A stretch of 63,581 nucleotides of DNA, filler included, from Collodictyon triciliatum (GCA_043381765.1; 4 parts of 4 records of this genome joined end to end with filler, not necessarily neighbours in it); one strand, 5' to 3'; positions 1 to 13,899 are shown, counted from the first letter of the whole stretch. The notes: a model not told the origin generated them from the letters alone. A program made the numbers and translations.

Positions 1-253
1 TCTTTTTCTTTTTCTTTTTCTTTTTCTTTTTCTTTTTCTTTTTCTTTTTCTTTTTCTTTTTCTTTTTCTTTTTCTTTTTCTTTTTCTTTTTCTTTTTCTT
101 TTTCTTTTTCTTTTTCTTTTCCTTTTTCTTTTTCTTTTTCTTTTTCTTTTTCTTTTTCATTTATTTTCTTTTTTTCTTTTTTTCTTTTTTTCTTTTTTTC
201 TTTTTTTCTTTTTTTCTCTTTTCTCTTTCTTTTTTTCTTTTCTTTTTCTTTTT
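1..253. repeat. (TTTTTC)n microsatellite
   Basis: Tandem TTTTTC units, degenerating towards the 3' end. Confidence 0.95.
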
Positions 254-692
254 CCTAGCAAACCATATCCCCTCTTAGCAATCTGGCTCCTTTATTATCT
301 AAGCACCTCGCAACGATCCCTCCTATTTTCAAACATATAGGCTAATTATTTTGAAGGGAAGCTAACCATAGATAATATTAAAAGAAAAAAGAGAAGAATT
401 TCGTTCAGTCCCCGAAGTGCCTGATCGCTTTACCCACCTTTTGATTGTTGCAACTAGCCTTGTTTTTCTTTTCATCGTCCTCAATTATTTATCATCACTA
501 TTATCACATATGATTCACTGGTTCTTTCTCTTCTTCTTTTTGCTCTTATTTAGCAAAACACCTCTCTGAATAACCAACAAGGTAGGCTATACATAACTGC
601 GTCGCACTTACCAACACCTTCACCTTCGTTCCACTCTACGTCTTTTCAAATCGTTTGTGAAAACGTTGTCCCCATAGATATTCGCCTTGTCC

Positions 693-3600
693 ATGAGCAA
701 ATCATCTTTAAAGCAGTCGAATTTGGAGGCAAAGAAGCCTCATGAAAAGTTCATTAGCCAACCAGCCAAAACCCGCAACCCCTCGATTGATCTTCGCATG
801 CCTCCAAGGTATGAAAAAAGGAGCAGTCGCAACTACAAAACAATTCACCTGGTTAGAAAACCGTTCTCTGATGCCGATATCAGTCACGAGCAATCATCTT
901 CATCATTCTCATTGTCATCTCCAACATCGTCGCCGCCCTTCTCACCCACCCAATCGCCGTCTGTCTCACCGCTTTTGCTCCGCTATTCCCGCTCCGGCTC
1001 ATCACCATCTGACTCTTCGAAAGATGGAGATGTTGTGCCAAGTTACGTGCTTAATTTCCATGAACCTGTTTCAAAGAGCTCGAAGCCACGCATTAGTCTT
1101 CCGACATCGTCTATCCTGGCAAAGTCTAATTTACAACTCCCAAAGAAGTTCCATTTGACAGTGAAGTCGACAGAAGGATTCAAGAGTAGCTCTGCTAATC
1201 AGTCCGAGTCACTCATCAACATCAAGAATTTCTGGCTTTCGATAGAATCCAAGAAGCAAAAAGAAATCGTGTCCGTCGAAATTGATGCTCTTCGCACGAA
1301 GATTCTGGGACAGATACACAACTTTATGTGTTTTGACTTGCAACATGAATCATCTTCATCCAGCTTAGAGGTGGAGATGAAAAAAGTTTGCGACGAGCTT
1401 ATTCAAAACATAAAAGTTCATCAAACAAATCAACCACCATCTTTAAAAACTTTAGTCCAGGATAGCATGAACAAGCACCTCAAGTTACAAACGAAGGACA
1501 GCACGAAAACGGAAATATCGTTTCCAGTAGTATCTACAAAAGAACAAATTGGCCGATTCCATCCGGCAAAGTCCCTATGTATCCGCCATAATCGAATATC
1601 TCTAATTGATGATTATTTCAAAGATAAAGGGAAGTCAATTATCGATTTGATTGATTTGGCAAACGACCTGATTGAATCAGAAGCTTACTATCATCCTGAT
1701 TTCGGCGGGCTGAACTCTGAGAACAACCATCTCAACAAAGACGAATCAGTCGAAGATATATGTACCAGTTCTTATGATGAGGATGATGGCTATGATTCTT
1801 ATTTGGAAGAGTCAGATTTGGACGCAGAGTTTTTAGAGTTCCAACGCAGCCTGCAAAAAAAAGTAGCCTTTGACACAAACTCGGATATGCACCAAGGAGA
1901 GTGCTCCGATCAAGGTTTGTCCTTAAACCATAGGGAAGTTAAAAAAAGAGGCTTGCATGAAGGACCCTCTCCTCCAATCATTCAAGACCAATCTCATAAT
2001 CTTGGTGGCAAAGTCTCAACAAGGTCTACCGGTATAATTTCTCGAAAGATGCATACTGAATTCTCGCACCAGACACAAGCGAGAGAATATACTGAAATCA
2101 TTGAACAAGACCCGTGTGATGAATATGAGGCCTGGCCCAACGACCTCGAGGACATCAACTGGTGGAGTTGCTTTGATGAAGCTGAGATGCAACTCAACGA
2201 CCCCAGTGCAGGTCAAATGCATACTAGCCACGAATCAAGTCATCCCCTGAACTGGAGAATTTTCTTTGCTTTGGTGATGATGGTATTTAAAGAGAGAATC
2301 AGACTAGCTTATCACAAAAGTTTGGACCAAATGAAATCTCAACCTCTGTCCACGGAAACTCGCCCTTCGATTAATATCGTGGATGATGTCACCAAAACAA
2401 AACAATCTCAAATAATTAAAACATCGCCAGTGAATGAAAAAATAATGCCTTGTCATCCCCTAAAGCCCCGATCGAATGGAAACATTCTAAAGAAAAGCCC
2501 AGCCAAAACGAAAACGAGCATTTCAGAAAGCCCATCTTCTGTTCTCGTTCAGTTACCTGAGAGCGCCTCTCTGACAAAAGACAAAGGAGTTACTGAGGAA
2601 CAAAGTGGTTCGGCTGTCTCGGCCCAAAGTGAAGCAAATTCGTCGAATTCTCCTAATCATCCTGTGCAAGGAGTCCAAACATTACTTAATCGACCCATTG
2701 AGAGAGTTCGACCAAAAACAAGAATGCAAGAGCTCCTCCTTCCTTCACTCTCCAACATCGAGCGCCACTTGCCAGATTCCAGTATTATTCTCCCAGAGGA
2801 GCCAGATATACCCACTGAAGCCGGCTCTTCTCCTAGCCCTCTTACCTCTGCAGAACACCCTCTAAAATCTACAAACGAAATATGCCTCGACTTGCAAAGG
2901 CAAACACCAAACAGCTCGCAAACTGCTCCTGATTTATCAACCCCATCACAATCTGTCGTGGAAATAAGACCCAATTTGTATGTTAGCTTCACATTTACCA
3001 GTTCTTCAAAAGATAAGAAGCTTGACGATTCCACCGATACAATGGAAACTAAAATATCATCATTTTCAGAGCCACACAAGAGAGAGCTTGCTTCTGAAAA
3101 GCACTCTTTGGTGAACCAATTTCGCTTTCTTTCAAGATCTGAGCTATCTCCACCGCTCGGTTCTCTCTCCATAGCCCATTTACCAAGAGCCCACCAGACT
3201 GAGATTTCGAATATGTCCATCGTGAAATCTTTCAATATTGATACAGACGCTAAATCTGACGAAAGTATTACACCTATCAGTGACAGCCAAAATATCACCC
3301 CAACTGGCAAAGTAGAAGGGTCCACCCTAACGACATCTCAGGATGAACCCTCGCAACTGCACAGCCTGCAATTCCTCAGTAAATTAAAATCAGACTTTCA
3401 GCTACCCGAGACCTCATCCAAAGAGAACCATATGGACGAGCACAATCTTCTAGTTCGCATGATTCTTCCTGGGAACAAGCATGCTCTGTCGCATCTGACA
3501 GAGAACGAATCTTACAGCCAAGTTAGTCCTATCAAATCTCGACCTCATGTGTCTCCAATTACATGCCAGGGGCTGGGTAGCCCCAAAGACATCAACAACC

Positions 3601-4842
3601 CTTACAAAGAAGGCTATATCCTCCAAACACCCGTCCTGCAAAAATTCCATAGGGTGCCAAGATCCCGGTTGAGGCTCAGAATTGCTCGCAAACCTCTGTC
3701 TTTTGTAGCATACCCAAATACCGTCATGCATGATGATAACCCTCACCTAGCAGAGTACGACCTTAAAGAGCAAACACTCAGCATCGAGGCTAGAAAGAAG
3801 CGTGCACTAGATCTATCCGGACCTAGCCATGATCTAAAGTCAGACCAGCCAGCTTCCCTTGTGTACTTCCGTCCGACTTTGTCGAAAGAGGAGAAACAAA
3901 AGACAACAAAGAAAAACCTCCATATGGCAGCCAACCTCAAAGATGCCATCAAATTCCAACACTCGGATGGATATGCAGACACCCATGTGCCACAACAAAA
4001 TCAGCACGCAGACTACACTTATAACCCATACTTTTATCTTCTCCAAGCATGGAACCCATTCTATGCATTGCAGTTCATGAACCCCTATCTCCTTACCTCA
4101 CAGTCGCCTGACTATGAATCTATATTTGAGATGGAAGAGCTTTTGATGAGGGCTTCTCACCCAGAAGATGCCTTGGGTCCTTTAGACGATGATGCCTCCT
4201 TTGGTGGCCTCGACCAGACTGTAACGCAACAAGATAGTAATAATTGCTTCTTGTACCACATATAGCAGTCAAAATTTTAACTTGCAATATCCCTTTATAA
4301 TTTATTAAAACTCTCAATAACCAAAAGTAATATGTAATGTGCGATATATAGAATTCGTCGAAGGTCGTGGTGACACTCCATCTTCGGCCGTCAAGACACC
4401 AAATATCACAAGCAACTCCCAGAAAAAACCACAAACACCCACATTATCTCTTTTTAGTGAAGGCAAGGTCGACTTTTCCAGGTGGCAACAAGCCATGCAG
4501 GGCACTAGAGGCCCTGTCTGTTTCCGCGATTTCTTTTCCGAGCTATTTCCTGGCCGTGCAGAAAAAACGTTCTTGGTCGATAGTGTCAATACAAAAGCCA
4601 TCGAAGTGTGGCAGATGTGCGACACAGCCCCAACTATACTTGAACTAAACACCAGCGTCTTCGTGGGTGAGTCCATATTTCTTGACAACCTTCCCTATGA
4701 AGCGGCGGGTGGTTCAAAAGTACCCTCGAAAAATGATGCAACTCCCCAGAGAAAAGGCGACAGAGTGCCGTTCCTTGATCAGTTTGGCGTCTTTGATGTT
4801 GTGAAGCGGTTCGACAAGGCTTCTGGGGCATATATGTTCTGA
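693..4842 (+). CDS. Large Ser/Pro-rich, mostly disordered protein of unknown function (probably 2 exons: 693-4236, 4352-4842)
   Basis: 3.5-kb open frame from ATG 693. A phase-1 donor (A|gtaata, 4237) and acceptor (atatag|, 4351) join it in frame to the 4339-4842 ORF. No domain recognised. Confidence 0.75.
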
Positions 4843-5487
4843 CATCACTCACTTCTTTTTCTTTCTTTTCTTTTTCTTTTTTTTTATCGCTCTCCTTTTA
4901 TTTTTCTGGAAAAAATGATGTTGGCAATACTGGCAAGAGTAGGGTTGAATGGGCTGGTTGAGCTGAATGAGTTCTCTTCCTCTCATAAGTCTCAGTCTTT
5001 ATTCAATCCCCTCCAAACAATGGCCGAGAAAATAAATATGCTTAAACTCGACTTCGATTCGCATCTCTGGCATTCTCTTCACATGGGGTATCGACCTATC
5101 CAGAGAATAAAGCTGCATCTAAAGAAAGTCCCAAAAACAATGCTGGCAAGAGATTGCAGAAAAGTGGTGGTGTCCAACCGATTCAACTTTGCGCTTGCTC
5201 CATATAATATAAGACGGTAGAATGAGTAACTAAATACAACAAGAGTGCGTGTGACCCAATTCCGATGAATCCAAATATATCCTTTTCATTTATCTTTCTT
5301 TTCGAAGCTGAGTGCAGTCTGACATACGAGAGGAAGGCAAATGTGTATCAACCAATTGTTTATCTATTTCATTTCATTTTGCTCATAATCGGTGATGTTT
5401 TTTTTTTCGCCAACCTTTATCAAGTTAATTACCGATTTTATTTCTTTCGCCTCTTTCCTTTTCCTTTGTCCTTTTTCTCTTTAGTGA

Positions 5488-5797
5488 ATGGTTCAGACAA
5501 CTGCAGCTAAAGTAAAGCAAATCTCAATTCCTTTCCTTTTGTCTTCACAAATAGAATTTTATTTAACCCAAGGAGAACTTGGATATGGTGTGACAGAAGA
5601 AAGTATCCACAATCAGAGATGATTTATGGGCTATCTCAAGAAAAGAAAATGTTGTATTTCAAGTAAGGGTATTGCTTCTTGTATTCATTCTCTCGGGAAG
5701 TAAAAAGATAGATTGTCATTCGTTAAGACAAATATTAGAAACACAATTGCAGATGCACGCAAGCACTTTCACGAACCCTTTCACAACGGCTTGGGTA

Positions 5798-5891
<94 letters not shown>

Positions 5892-5959
5892 CGTTTTTCA
5901 TCCCTTCCCAGGCAGTTTTTCGATATATCGATTACAGAAAGGAAATCAAACTACACTAG
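5488..5959 (+). CDS. Predicted 59-aa microprotein MVQTTAAK|KKVSTIRDDLWAISRKENVVFQ|MHASTFTNPFTTAW|AVFRYIDYRKEIKLH*
   Basis: Four exons (5488-5511, 5597-5662, 5753-5794, 5912-5959) joined by three phase-0 GT-AG introns give a stop-free frame. Not in the ORF track as such. Confidence 0.55.
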
Positions 5960-6625
5960 GTTCAATTGTTAAGTACATCCCAGGTGGAAAGAGAGGACTG
6001 AATCGCCCAGGTAGATACGGCCACGAAGAGAAGTGCCTGAACAATCTATTTTGAATTGATTGGGGGAAGTTTGGTTAGCCTCCTTTGGATTGTAGCCACC
6101 CGGTGGGCTCCTTGTGAAAAAATCCCTGGCTCGTGCAACAGCTCCTGTATCAAAGTGTGATATGGTTAATCCTAATCTTGATTTGATGGTATAAAAGGAA
6201 AGCACGTATAGCTATGTATGCATTTGATCAAATCAACTTGCATGTGAAAATATGAATCGAGACTCAATGGATTGTAAGAGTTGTTGGATTTGTAAATGTA
6301 TATCGCTTGGTTGTAACATGAATGTCTGGATGGAAAGTAAGAGCGAATTTATTTTAAGTTGTCTACTTTATTTCTCGACACAATTGTTAATATGGATATC
6401 ACTCGTGTTGAAAGGTAATTGGGCATTACATTATTATTAATTTTTTTTTTTAAAAAAAAAAAAAACTAACTGGCACAACGCAGAATTATTTTTGAAATGG
6501 TTCTAATTGGTTCTTATTCTTTTAATGTGTTTTGTGTTTGTATAGATGCTTGTAACTTTTTTTTTTAAAAAAAAAAAGTGTTTTCTGGTAGGATGAGGAA
6601 TAAGCCATGGTAGCTTAGATACTTA

Positions 6626-8580
6626 CCTTGGTATTTGTTCCACAGAATTTTTTGAATATATCAGATAACCCCTTGAGCTGTGTACCAGCAGCACCTTCTT
6701 CTTTTAGGTAGTCTTGGGCGTTGACAATCAAAATATCAGGTGTACTGTCATGCATTAGGTCTTCCTCATCCCTATTGATGTAATGAAATAATAAGTAAAT
6801 GATAAAAGAACACATATTTAACCACTCGGATTTCTTCGTGAACTATTAATAATGATTTGATATCAAAAAGTCCGTTTCATTACCATGGAATCTCTACAGA
6901 TTTTACCAAAACCCCAGCTTTTGAACTAGCCCTGACACTGGCGGCCATTTCATGTAGGGCTGAGTGAACCACGCCCAAATAAACAACGCAGTCTGCGTTG
7001 TACATCGGTATTGCGGCAGCAAACCAGAGATTAAAATCAAATGTGTTTGTCATTTGGTACCTCAAATCAAAGAAAAATAAAGGCGGCTAGTTGTTTCGAT
7101 TACATTACCTAGAGGAACAAGATAAGTCACTAAAGTTGCGACCATGGACATATTGCTTAATATGATGAGGCATGACCGAGCTCCTCTAAACCAAAAGAGG
7201 AAACTCAATAATAATTTGTAAAGTAATCGGTTGTGACAGGCAAACAACCTCATGGAAAATGACATAAGAAAATATTGGAACATGACTTTCTCCCTTAAAT
7301 ACTGTGTAATTATCTAAATGTTTCACTAAAATTACTGGAATTGTTCTGAGTTTCCCTCCAAGAAGCGACAAAGAGAAGGAATCTGGTGGTGATATGTGAA
7401 ACCCGATTTACAAAGAATACAGGTAGATTTTGGGCTACAAAATATCTTAAAATGATCTAGTCTATAACTTGAGAAAAAAATCCAAGGAAATCAGGCTTAC
7501 CGTCTTGAGGCACGGGTCTGACAAAGGAAACTCTGTGCTAGTGACCGATCTGGGTGGATGAAAAACTAGCTGGCCAGAAAGAGGGGTGGTGTAATGGTGA
7601 GAACGGCCAGCAGATGATGGGCGGTGTGACTTTACCTGCGATTGAAGAAGAATGAGTATTAACACCTCGATATTTCACGATGAAGTGCATCCAAGAAGAA
7701 TAAAGTCTCTGGATATGACTGTATGAAGAAGAAAAAACTGATGTATGAACATTAGATCTCCCGAAATTAAAGGAAACAGCCCAAAGAATCAAAGTATAGT
7801 GAGCTAAACAACATATAATATCTGTGCTGTAAACTTTACTCTTTCGATGACTCCATCTGCATCAATCCTAAAATGCACCGTTTGCTCTTTTTCTACATAC
7901 TCCTGAACATTTAATATATTTCGCAAGTTTAGGAGGAAAAAGAAAGAAAGTAATGATGATTTGCAGCTTAAGCACTAGAAAACGTATTGATAGAATATAC
8001 ATCCAAGTCATGGTCACGTCTATATCCCAACTCCAATCGCGTCGGTAAGGAAAACATTTTGGTCTGCTTTGTCAGTGGCATGATTCTACCTTTGCTCTTG
8101 CTATTGTAATACAAAGAAACAACCATACAAACAGATAAACAAGTATATACAAACAATCCATCACCGATGCAACCTTCTTTATAGATTTATAATTATATCT
8201 CAACGAAAAAATTATAAAGCACAAGATGAATGCACCGCCATAAAAAAAAGAAACACCAACCTGGGTGTGGGTGAGCTAATTGTTTCATCAAGGGCAATTT
8301 TTTCTACAAACGAGAGCGAGCTATGAAACAGAGCCTGCTGGGACGTGCTTTGCGCTCTTGGGCGACGTGCTTGTGCTGCAGTTTGTAGACTTCCCTGTAG
8401 GTAGCTGTGTTGCCCAGTTGGGGAAGCGCAGAGCCCAATCGGTGGCGGCCGAGACAGCATCACAGGGGTTGCCGGCTGCAAAAGAGGAGGCATGGATAAT
8501 GGTGGCGACGCTGACATGCCCGAGCTGACGCCCACCCGGGGCCGATTGTTCCGCTTTCCGATACCACCTGCGTATTCCAT
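6626..8580 (-). CDS. Multi-exon hypothetical protein with a Pro/Ser-rich N-terminus and a possible ARM-like helical segment; 3' end uncertain, may extend to about 5970-6050
   Basis: Phase-compatible exons can be chained: MEYAGG...PTP|SKSKGR...HDLD|EYVEKEQTVHFRID...|SYPETLFFLDALHREISR|SVTSTEFPLSDPCLKT|IPSLCRFLEGNSEQFQ|GARSCLIILSNMSMV...|DEEDLMHD...GTNTK. The exon choice is tentative. Confidence 0.45.
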
Positions 8581-9926
8581 GGTCACCTTCTGACTTATGC
8601 GGGGCTGTGTGTTTCAAAGCACAGAGAAAATGACCGTATGAATCATCTTAATAATTTCACTGCTGAGGAAAATAAAGGGGTGATGGTGATGATTATTGCA
8701 ATGTGCATGAGGGTGCACGAAGAAAAAGATGTAGAAGCAAAGTATCATTGAGATAAATATAGATTCCAGTGTCCTCAAATGCGGCTCTGCACATGAATGT
8801 AAGGAGGAAAGAAAGAAACGCCTCATTTACATCATTTCTTCCCCTCCAATTAATAGTATTGCTATTCAGGCTGACCAGATCGATCACTGAAGAAACAACT
8901 CTATTCCAGAACAAAAACAAAAACAAGAACAAGAACATAAGCAAAGACAAAAACAAAAACAAGAAAAAAACAAGAAAATCAAATAAAAAGGGACAAATAC
9001 AGAATGCAAAAATCAAGAAACAGGAAGAAAAGCAAAAGAAAAGCGTAGAGCACAAGCTAACGCGCAAAGGTAAACCCGGCCTCTGTTCTCTGCGCTTGGT
9101 GCGGCTGTGGTGGCCATTATAACAAACCTCTCTGATATTGCAGATGCTTCGGTCGGTTTATACTGCAATGCGCCATTAGAAGCCTCAACGCATTCGTTTC
9201 GCTGCTTTGGGAAAGAAATCCGCCCGCCCACAGCATGTCAGCGCCCCCATTCGTATTGCGTGACGTTGTGCAGAGTCACTATTCCACAACAGGTATGAAT
9301 TAATGGAATAGTCTCCTTTTCTGGAAATAGGGCAGATGTTGTATTCTCTGCTGACCCTCTCTGCATCTTTTCAGACTGAAGTGCCTTGAGTGCCTTGAGT
9401 GCCTTGGGAGTGCATCGCCCAGTGATGTCACACCGCGACAGAGGCGCACGATGCTCTGGTCACTTTCGTTCGCCATGACAAGCAAAATGAGGAATTATCA
9501 AGTTATGGTGGCAGCACCCAGAAGGTTCTCGCCTAAATCTACGAGGGCTATTTGGCGGTGGTTAGCTGGCCGACTACCACTTGTGAGTCGAGGATGGGTA
9601 CGCGAGCGTAAATCACCTTGCTTTCGCGCGTCTAAAATGACAGTAAGAGAATGTGTATATGCCACTTGAGTGTAGTTGTCTGTTTGCTTGTTTGTTTGTT
9701 CTGGTTGTTTGTCTGGTTGTTTGTTTAGTTGTTTGGTTGGTTGTTTGATTTGGTTTGTTTTGTTGTTTGTTTTGTTGTTTGTTTTGGTTGTTTGTCTGGT
9801 TGTTTGGTTGGTTGGTTTTATTTTTGCAAAAGAAAAAATAGAAGGAAAAATAGAAAGAAAAAGGAAAGTCAAGTGCTTGTGAACGTCTTTAGTAGTGGAT
9901 TTTCGCTCGATTATGCTCTTTTTTTT

Positions 9927-12900
9927 TTAAAAGGCCTTTTGTTCTACAGTGGCCGTGTCATTATCGTCCTCTTCGATTGCCGTGTCGTCGCCAGCATCGC
10001 TTGCCTTGGACTCTGCAGCATCCGGTGCGGCACTTTCAGTAATCGACTTCTTGGCTTCTGCAACCTTTTCGCTCAGGATGTCTCGGAAACCACCGGCCCG
10101 CACATACTCGTTCAAGGAGTTGGATACAAAGTAGTCTGCCTTGCGCATGTCGTCCAGGATACTGAGCCCGGCCTGAATGTCACCCATGCGGGAGTGTTTG
10201 CGGGCGAGTTTGCGATAGGCCTGTGACGAGATGCGGTATCCTTTGTCTTTCATCAATTGTATGATAGAGTCGACCTGACGTGATTTGCGTTGGTCAGTAG
10301 GTAGCCTATTTGCAATCTTATTTTTTGTGTTATATTTTTTAAAAAAATAAATAAATAAATAAATAAATAAATAAAGGACATCTCATTCTTCAGAATTTTA
10401 TTCACGGTTTGAGTAGTAATAGAAGGCTCAAAATCGAAGTATCGGCGGGTGTATCATGGGGTGTCATGAGAACAAGAAAAAGACTAGCTCACATAGTAGG
10501 CTCAACTTACTCGTGCCATTTGGTTGTGGGTAATAGAGATGGTCAACACAGCATTGTACGACTCGGCGTCAGGCTCCACCTTGATTATGATAAAGTAAAG
10601 GGCATTACAAAAGGATCTAAATCACACAATGGTTTATTTTGTTATTTGGGTTGATGAAGAGCATATCTGCGAATGAAAAGGATACCCCGGCACTCTTCAT
10701 GTCCTCTACAACACGGAGGGCAGTAACATAGCGGTTGCGAGTGATGCATCCATATAGCAAGGCGTTATAAGTATCGATTGTGGGCTTCAAGTTAAACTTG
10801 GAGATTTCAGCGAAGGTGGCAAAAGCACGGTCCAGTTCTCCAACCTAGACACGTCAGACTTGTATGAGTCACACAGAAAGCAGAATACCCCATATTGCAA
10901 TTCATCATCACGTGGTACCGATTATACCAATCAAAAGAAAAGAAAAAGGGAGAAGAGTTAGAAATAAAAGGAGGAGAAACCTGAGAGCAACCATATATAA
11001 TAGAATTAATCGCCTCAATGGGAATCTCAGCGCCTTGACTGGCAAGTTCTTCCAAGGTGTAGAAAGAGTTATCGAGAGTAACCACGTTGAAGGCGAGCTG
11101 CGACCCAATAAACTTCTGGACAGTGTTTGGAATGGCAACAGAGTTCGATTTCGAATCAATCATAAGCCGGAAGCCGTCTTGGATTTTTTGGGCAGCGAAA
11201 AGAGAATGCAGCATAGAGTGGTGTGCCGAGTTCGATGGTACAATCTTTTGGTGTTCAAAGACTTTCCATGCCTAAACAAATAAACCCCTAAGTGATTGAT
11301 TCGTTTTCACGTGCAACATCTCTTTATTGTTTATTGTGCGATATATTAAAGATATTTGTGGAGTCCTTCGAGTTTTGCAGGAAATATGAGCGATTGGCCA
11401 GTAATGACAACAGGAACAAAATAATTGACTAAAAGTATTACGATTACTATTATGTGTCACTCAAAATAAAGGGGGGAAACAAGATAACATGACTGTAATT
11501 GTTGTTTAAAAAACCTCCTCAGCCAAGCTGGGATCACCCAACCGCGCAGCAGTGTACAATATAAGGTTCAGTGTAGATTCCTCCAAAGCAACGTCATTGT
11601 TTCTCAACTTCGTTAGGATATATCCAGCCTAATGATTACCAAATCAGTATGTCTTTTAATTCTATGTCTATGTATTGAGTATGGAGTTGCCAGAGAACTA
11701 TATAATAACAGGTGATTCAGTATTTGGTATCTTTTGTGAGCATATGGCTATTACTCACGGCCTCTTTGTGGTCATATTGGGATGCAAACTGAAGAAGCTT
11801 TTCAAGAATGGGATTGCTTAGGTAGAAAGATCCTTGTTTGGTTTATATTCAACGATTTTAACAGATTGTTGGGTGAATTTCCCCTATGACTTGTTCTCAA
11901 CCAAAAAGTGTGTACAAACACCTCTCCCTCTCGAAAATTAAAAGTACCCAAAAGACTCACTTCCTTCACGGTCGTACTTCTGCATTATAGTAAAGGCAAG
12001 GTTGATGTTTCCTTCGCGAACACATCTAAGCATGATGGCTTCATGCGCATCTTTGACCAAAACTATTCCGAATTGACGGGCACTGTTCAGGTACCTGTAA
12101 AACAAGTTGCATAGAGAGTATGAACCCTTGATATGTGCACTTTTAAGTTATTTTTGAATGAGTCGATTCATAGTATAGAAGTATTTTAGAAAAGTATTCG
12201 CTCCTTCATGATTAATACACGGGACAAAAACCTAAGCATCTTATTCAAGGCATCTGGGTCGCGAGATTGAGAGAGAACGTTGATGGCTTCGGATAATTTA
12301 GGGGCATCCGGTACCATATCAACTTCAATCATGAGATCAAGGACTGAGAGTGCTCGCTCGTGGTCAGCCGTATGAATAAAGACCTATTGAGATAAGTTTC
12401 TACCCAATTAGAATGATGGATTTTAATTTATTCAATCAACCCTAACACTGGTGGAAAAGAATTGATATCTCATTTACGATAGTGGCGATATACAGGCATT
12501 GCATGAGTATGTGAAATCGTAATGAGAGATAATTCTTCTCACTTTCCAAAATATCGGCAAAAATCTTTGTGGAGGCTGAAATCCTAGTGACTTCATCTCG
12601 CGGAGATAGGAAAAAGCCTCGTTTACATTTTGGAGCTTCAGGTGTGCTGTGACGATATAATTGAAAACAGTAATATCAGGCTTGAGCCCAGCTCGAATGA
12701 GTTCATTGTATATCTGTTCAGTTTTCCTCGTTAGTATAAATCTACACTTCAAGATTACGTCGGTACTGTCTTGATTATCATAGATTTATTCATCTAAATA
12801 TCTTAGTTTGCTTATTTATTCGATCAATCTACAGGAGCTATGGTTATGTGTTTATACTCGACAAAAAGAAAAGTATTTCTTGGAATGGTATACATAATGT

Positions 12901-13609
12901 CATTACTTACATCAACGACTTGAGAGTATTTGTTTTCATTCACTAACTGAAACATAGTTCTTGAGTATTTGAGTGTGCTTCCCTGGAATTGTGACGTTAC
13001 TGCAACAGGAGCAGATTGTCCTGATGTTGCTGCATCAGCAGAAGTTGTAGGAACGGTCTCCTGTCTGACTATAGAACCTGAGTGTGTTGTACAGTTTTAA
13101 GGATAGTCCAGCTCTATGAATCAAATGCTCGCTGATGGGAGGAAAATAAGAACTCTGAGATGTTGCTTGATTAGCGTTTCAATATTTGTTCATTTTTCTC
13201 TTGGGCTTCCTTTGAGTGTTAATAAACACTGTTCATGGTAGACAAGGCCAATTGTATTAGAGGTAGTATAAAAGAGATCTTTTCTTGGCCCAAAGTATTA
13301 TTGCCTTGTATTTTTTTTTGTTTTTTTTGTTTTTTTTTTGTTTTTGTTATTATATTCTGCTGTAGAGTATATTCTTCATATAAAATATTTAAAGGACAAA
13401 TGCCTGAAGATGAAAATGAAAACATAAAACTGCCCGGTCTACATAGTAAGAGGATAACAATGTCGTAGAAAAGTAACCAAGGCCATACTTGTTTGCAGCG
13501 CCCGAAAGAAAGTACGGCTGGTGCCCACAGAGACGGGCTGAGCCAACACCCGGGCACTCACACGGACCAGTTTCTGGGAGACCAAAGGCAGCTGGCGAAG
13601 GAACGACAT
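9927..13609 (-). CDS. Pentatricopeptide-repeat (PPR) protein, probably mitochondrial; about 11 exons
   Basis: PPR motifs include IYNELIRAGLKPDITVFNYIVTAH, FAEISKFNLKPTIDTYNALLYGC and VEPDAESYNAVL. Exon 1 (13489-13609), MSFLRQLPLVSQKLVRVSARVLAQPVSVGTSRTFFRALQT, is Arg/Ser-rich with no acidic residues, like a presequence. All introns are GT-AG and in phase. Confidence 0.9.
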
Positions 13610-13841
13610 CCCAAGCTTTACCGACCCGAAGGCTCAACTATCTAGTCTCATCGGTAAGTGAAAATAAAAGAAAATAGAGTGTTGTGTAATTGGAGTGCGC
13701 AACTTATATTATTTCCCCCCTCTTTCCTCTCCGTGTTTATGAAGTCTATATAGAGCTAGAATAAAAAAAAAAGACTTCTTTGTTTTCCTTGCAGTTATTC
13801 CCCTTTTGTGATGTTTTATTTTCCTACGATCGTTTTGGAAT

Positions 13842-13899
13842 AACTCTCAGGGTTAGCTTTGAATCGAATAAAGGAAAAAAAAAACTCTCAGGGTTAGCT
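13842..13899. promoter_or_regulatory. Exact 17-bp direct repeat AACTCTCAGGGTTAGCT (13842-13858, 13883-13899) upstream of the PPR gene
   Basis: Two identical copies 41 bp apart, about 230-290 bp upstream of the PPR ATG. A regulatory role is inferred only. Confidence 0.4.

Noticed and set aside
4915..5220. 101-aa + strand ORF
   Set aside because: No motif, splice context or codon signal to support it; left unannotated.
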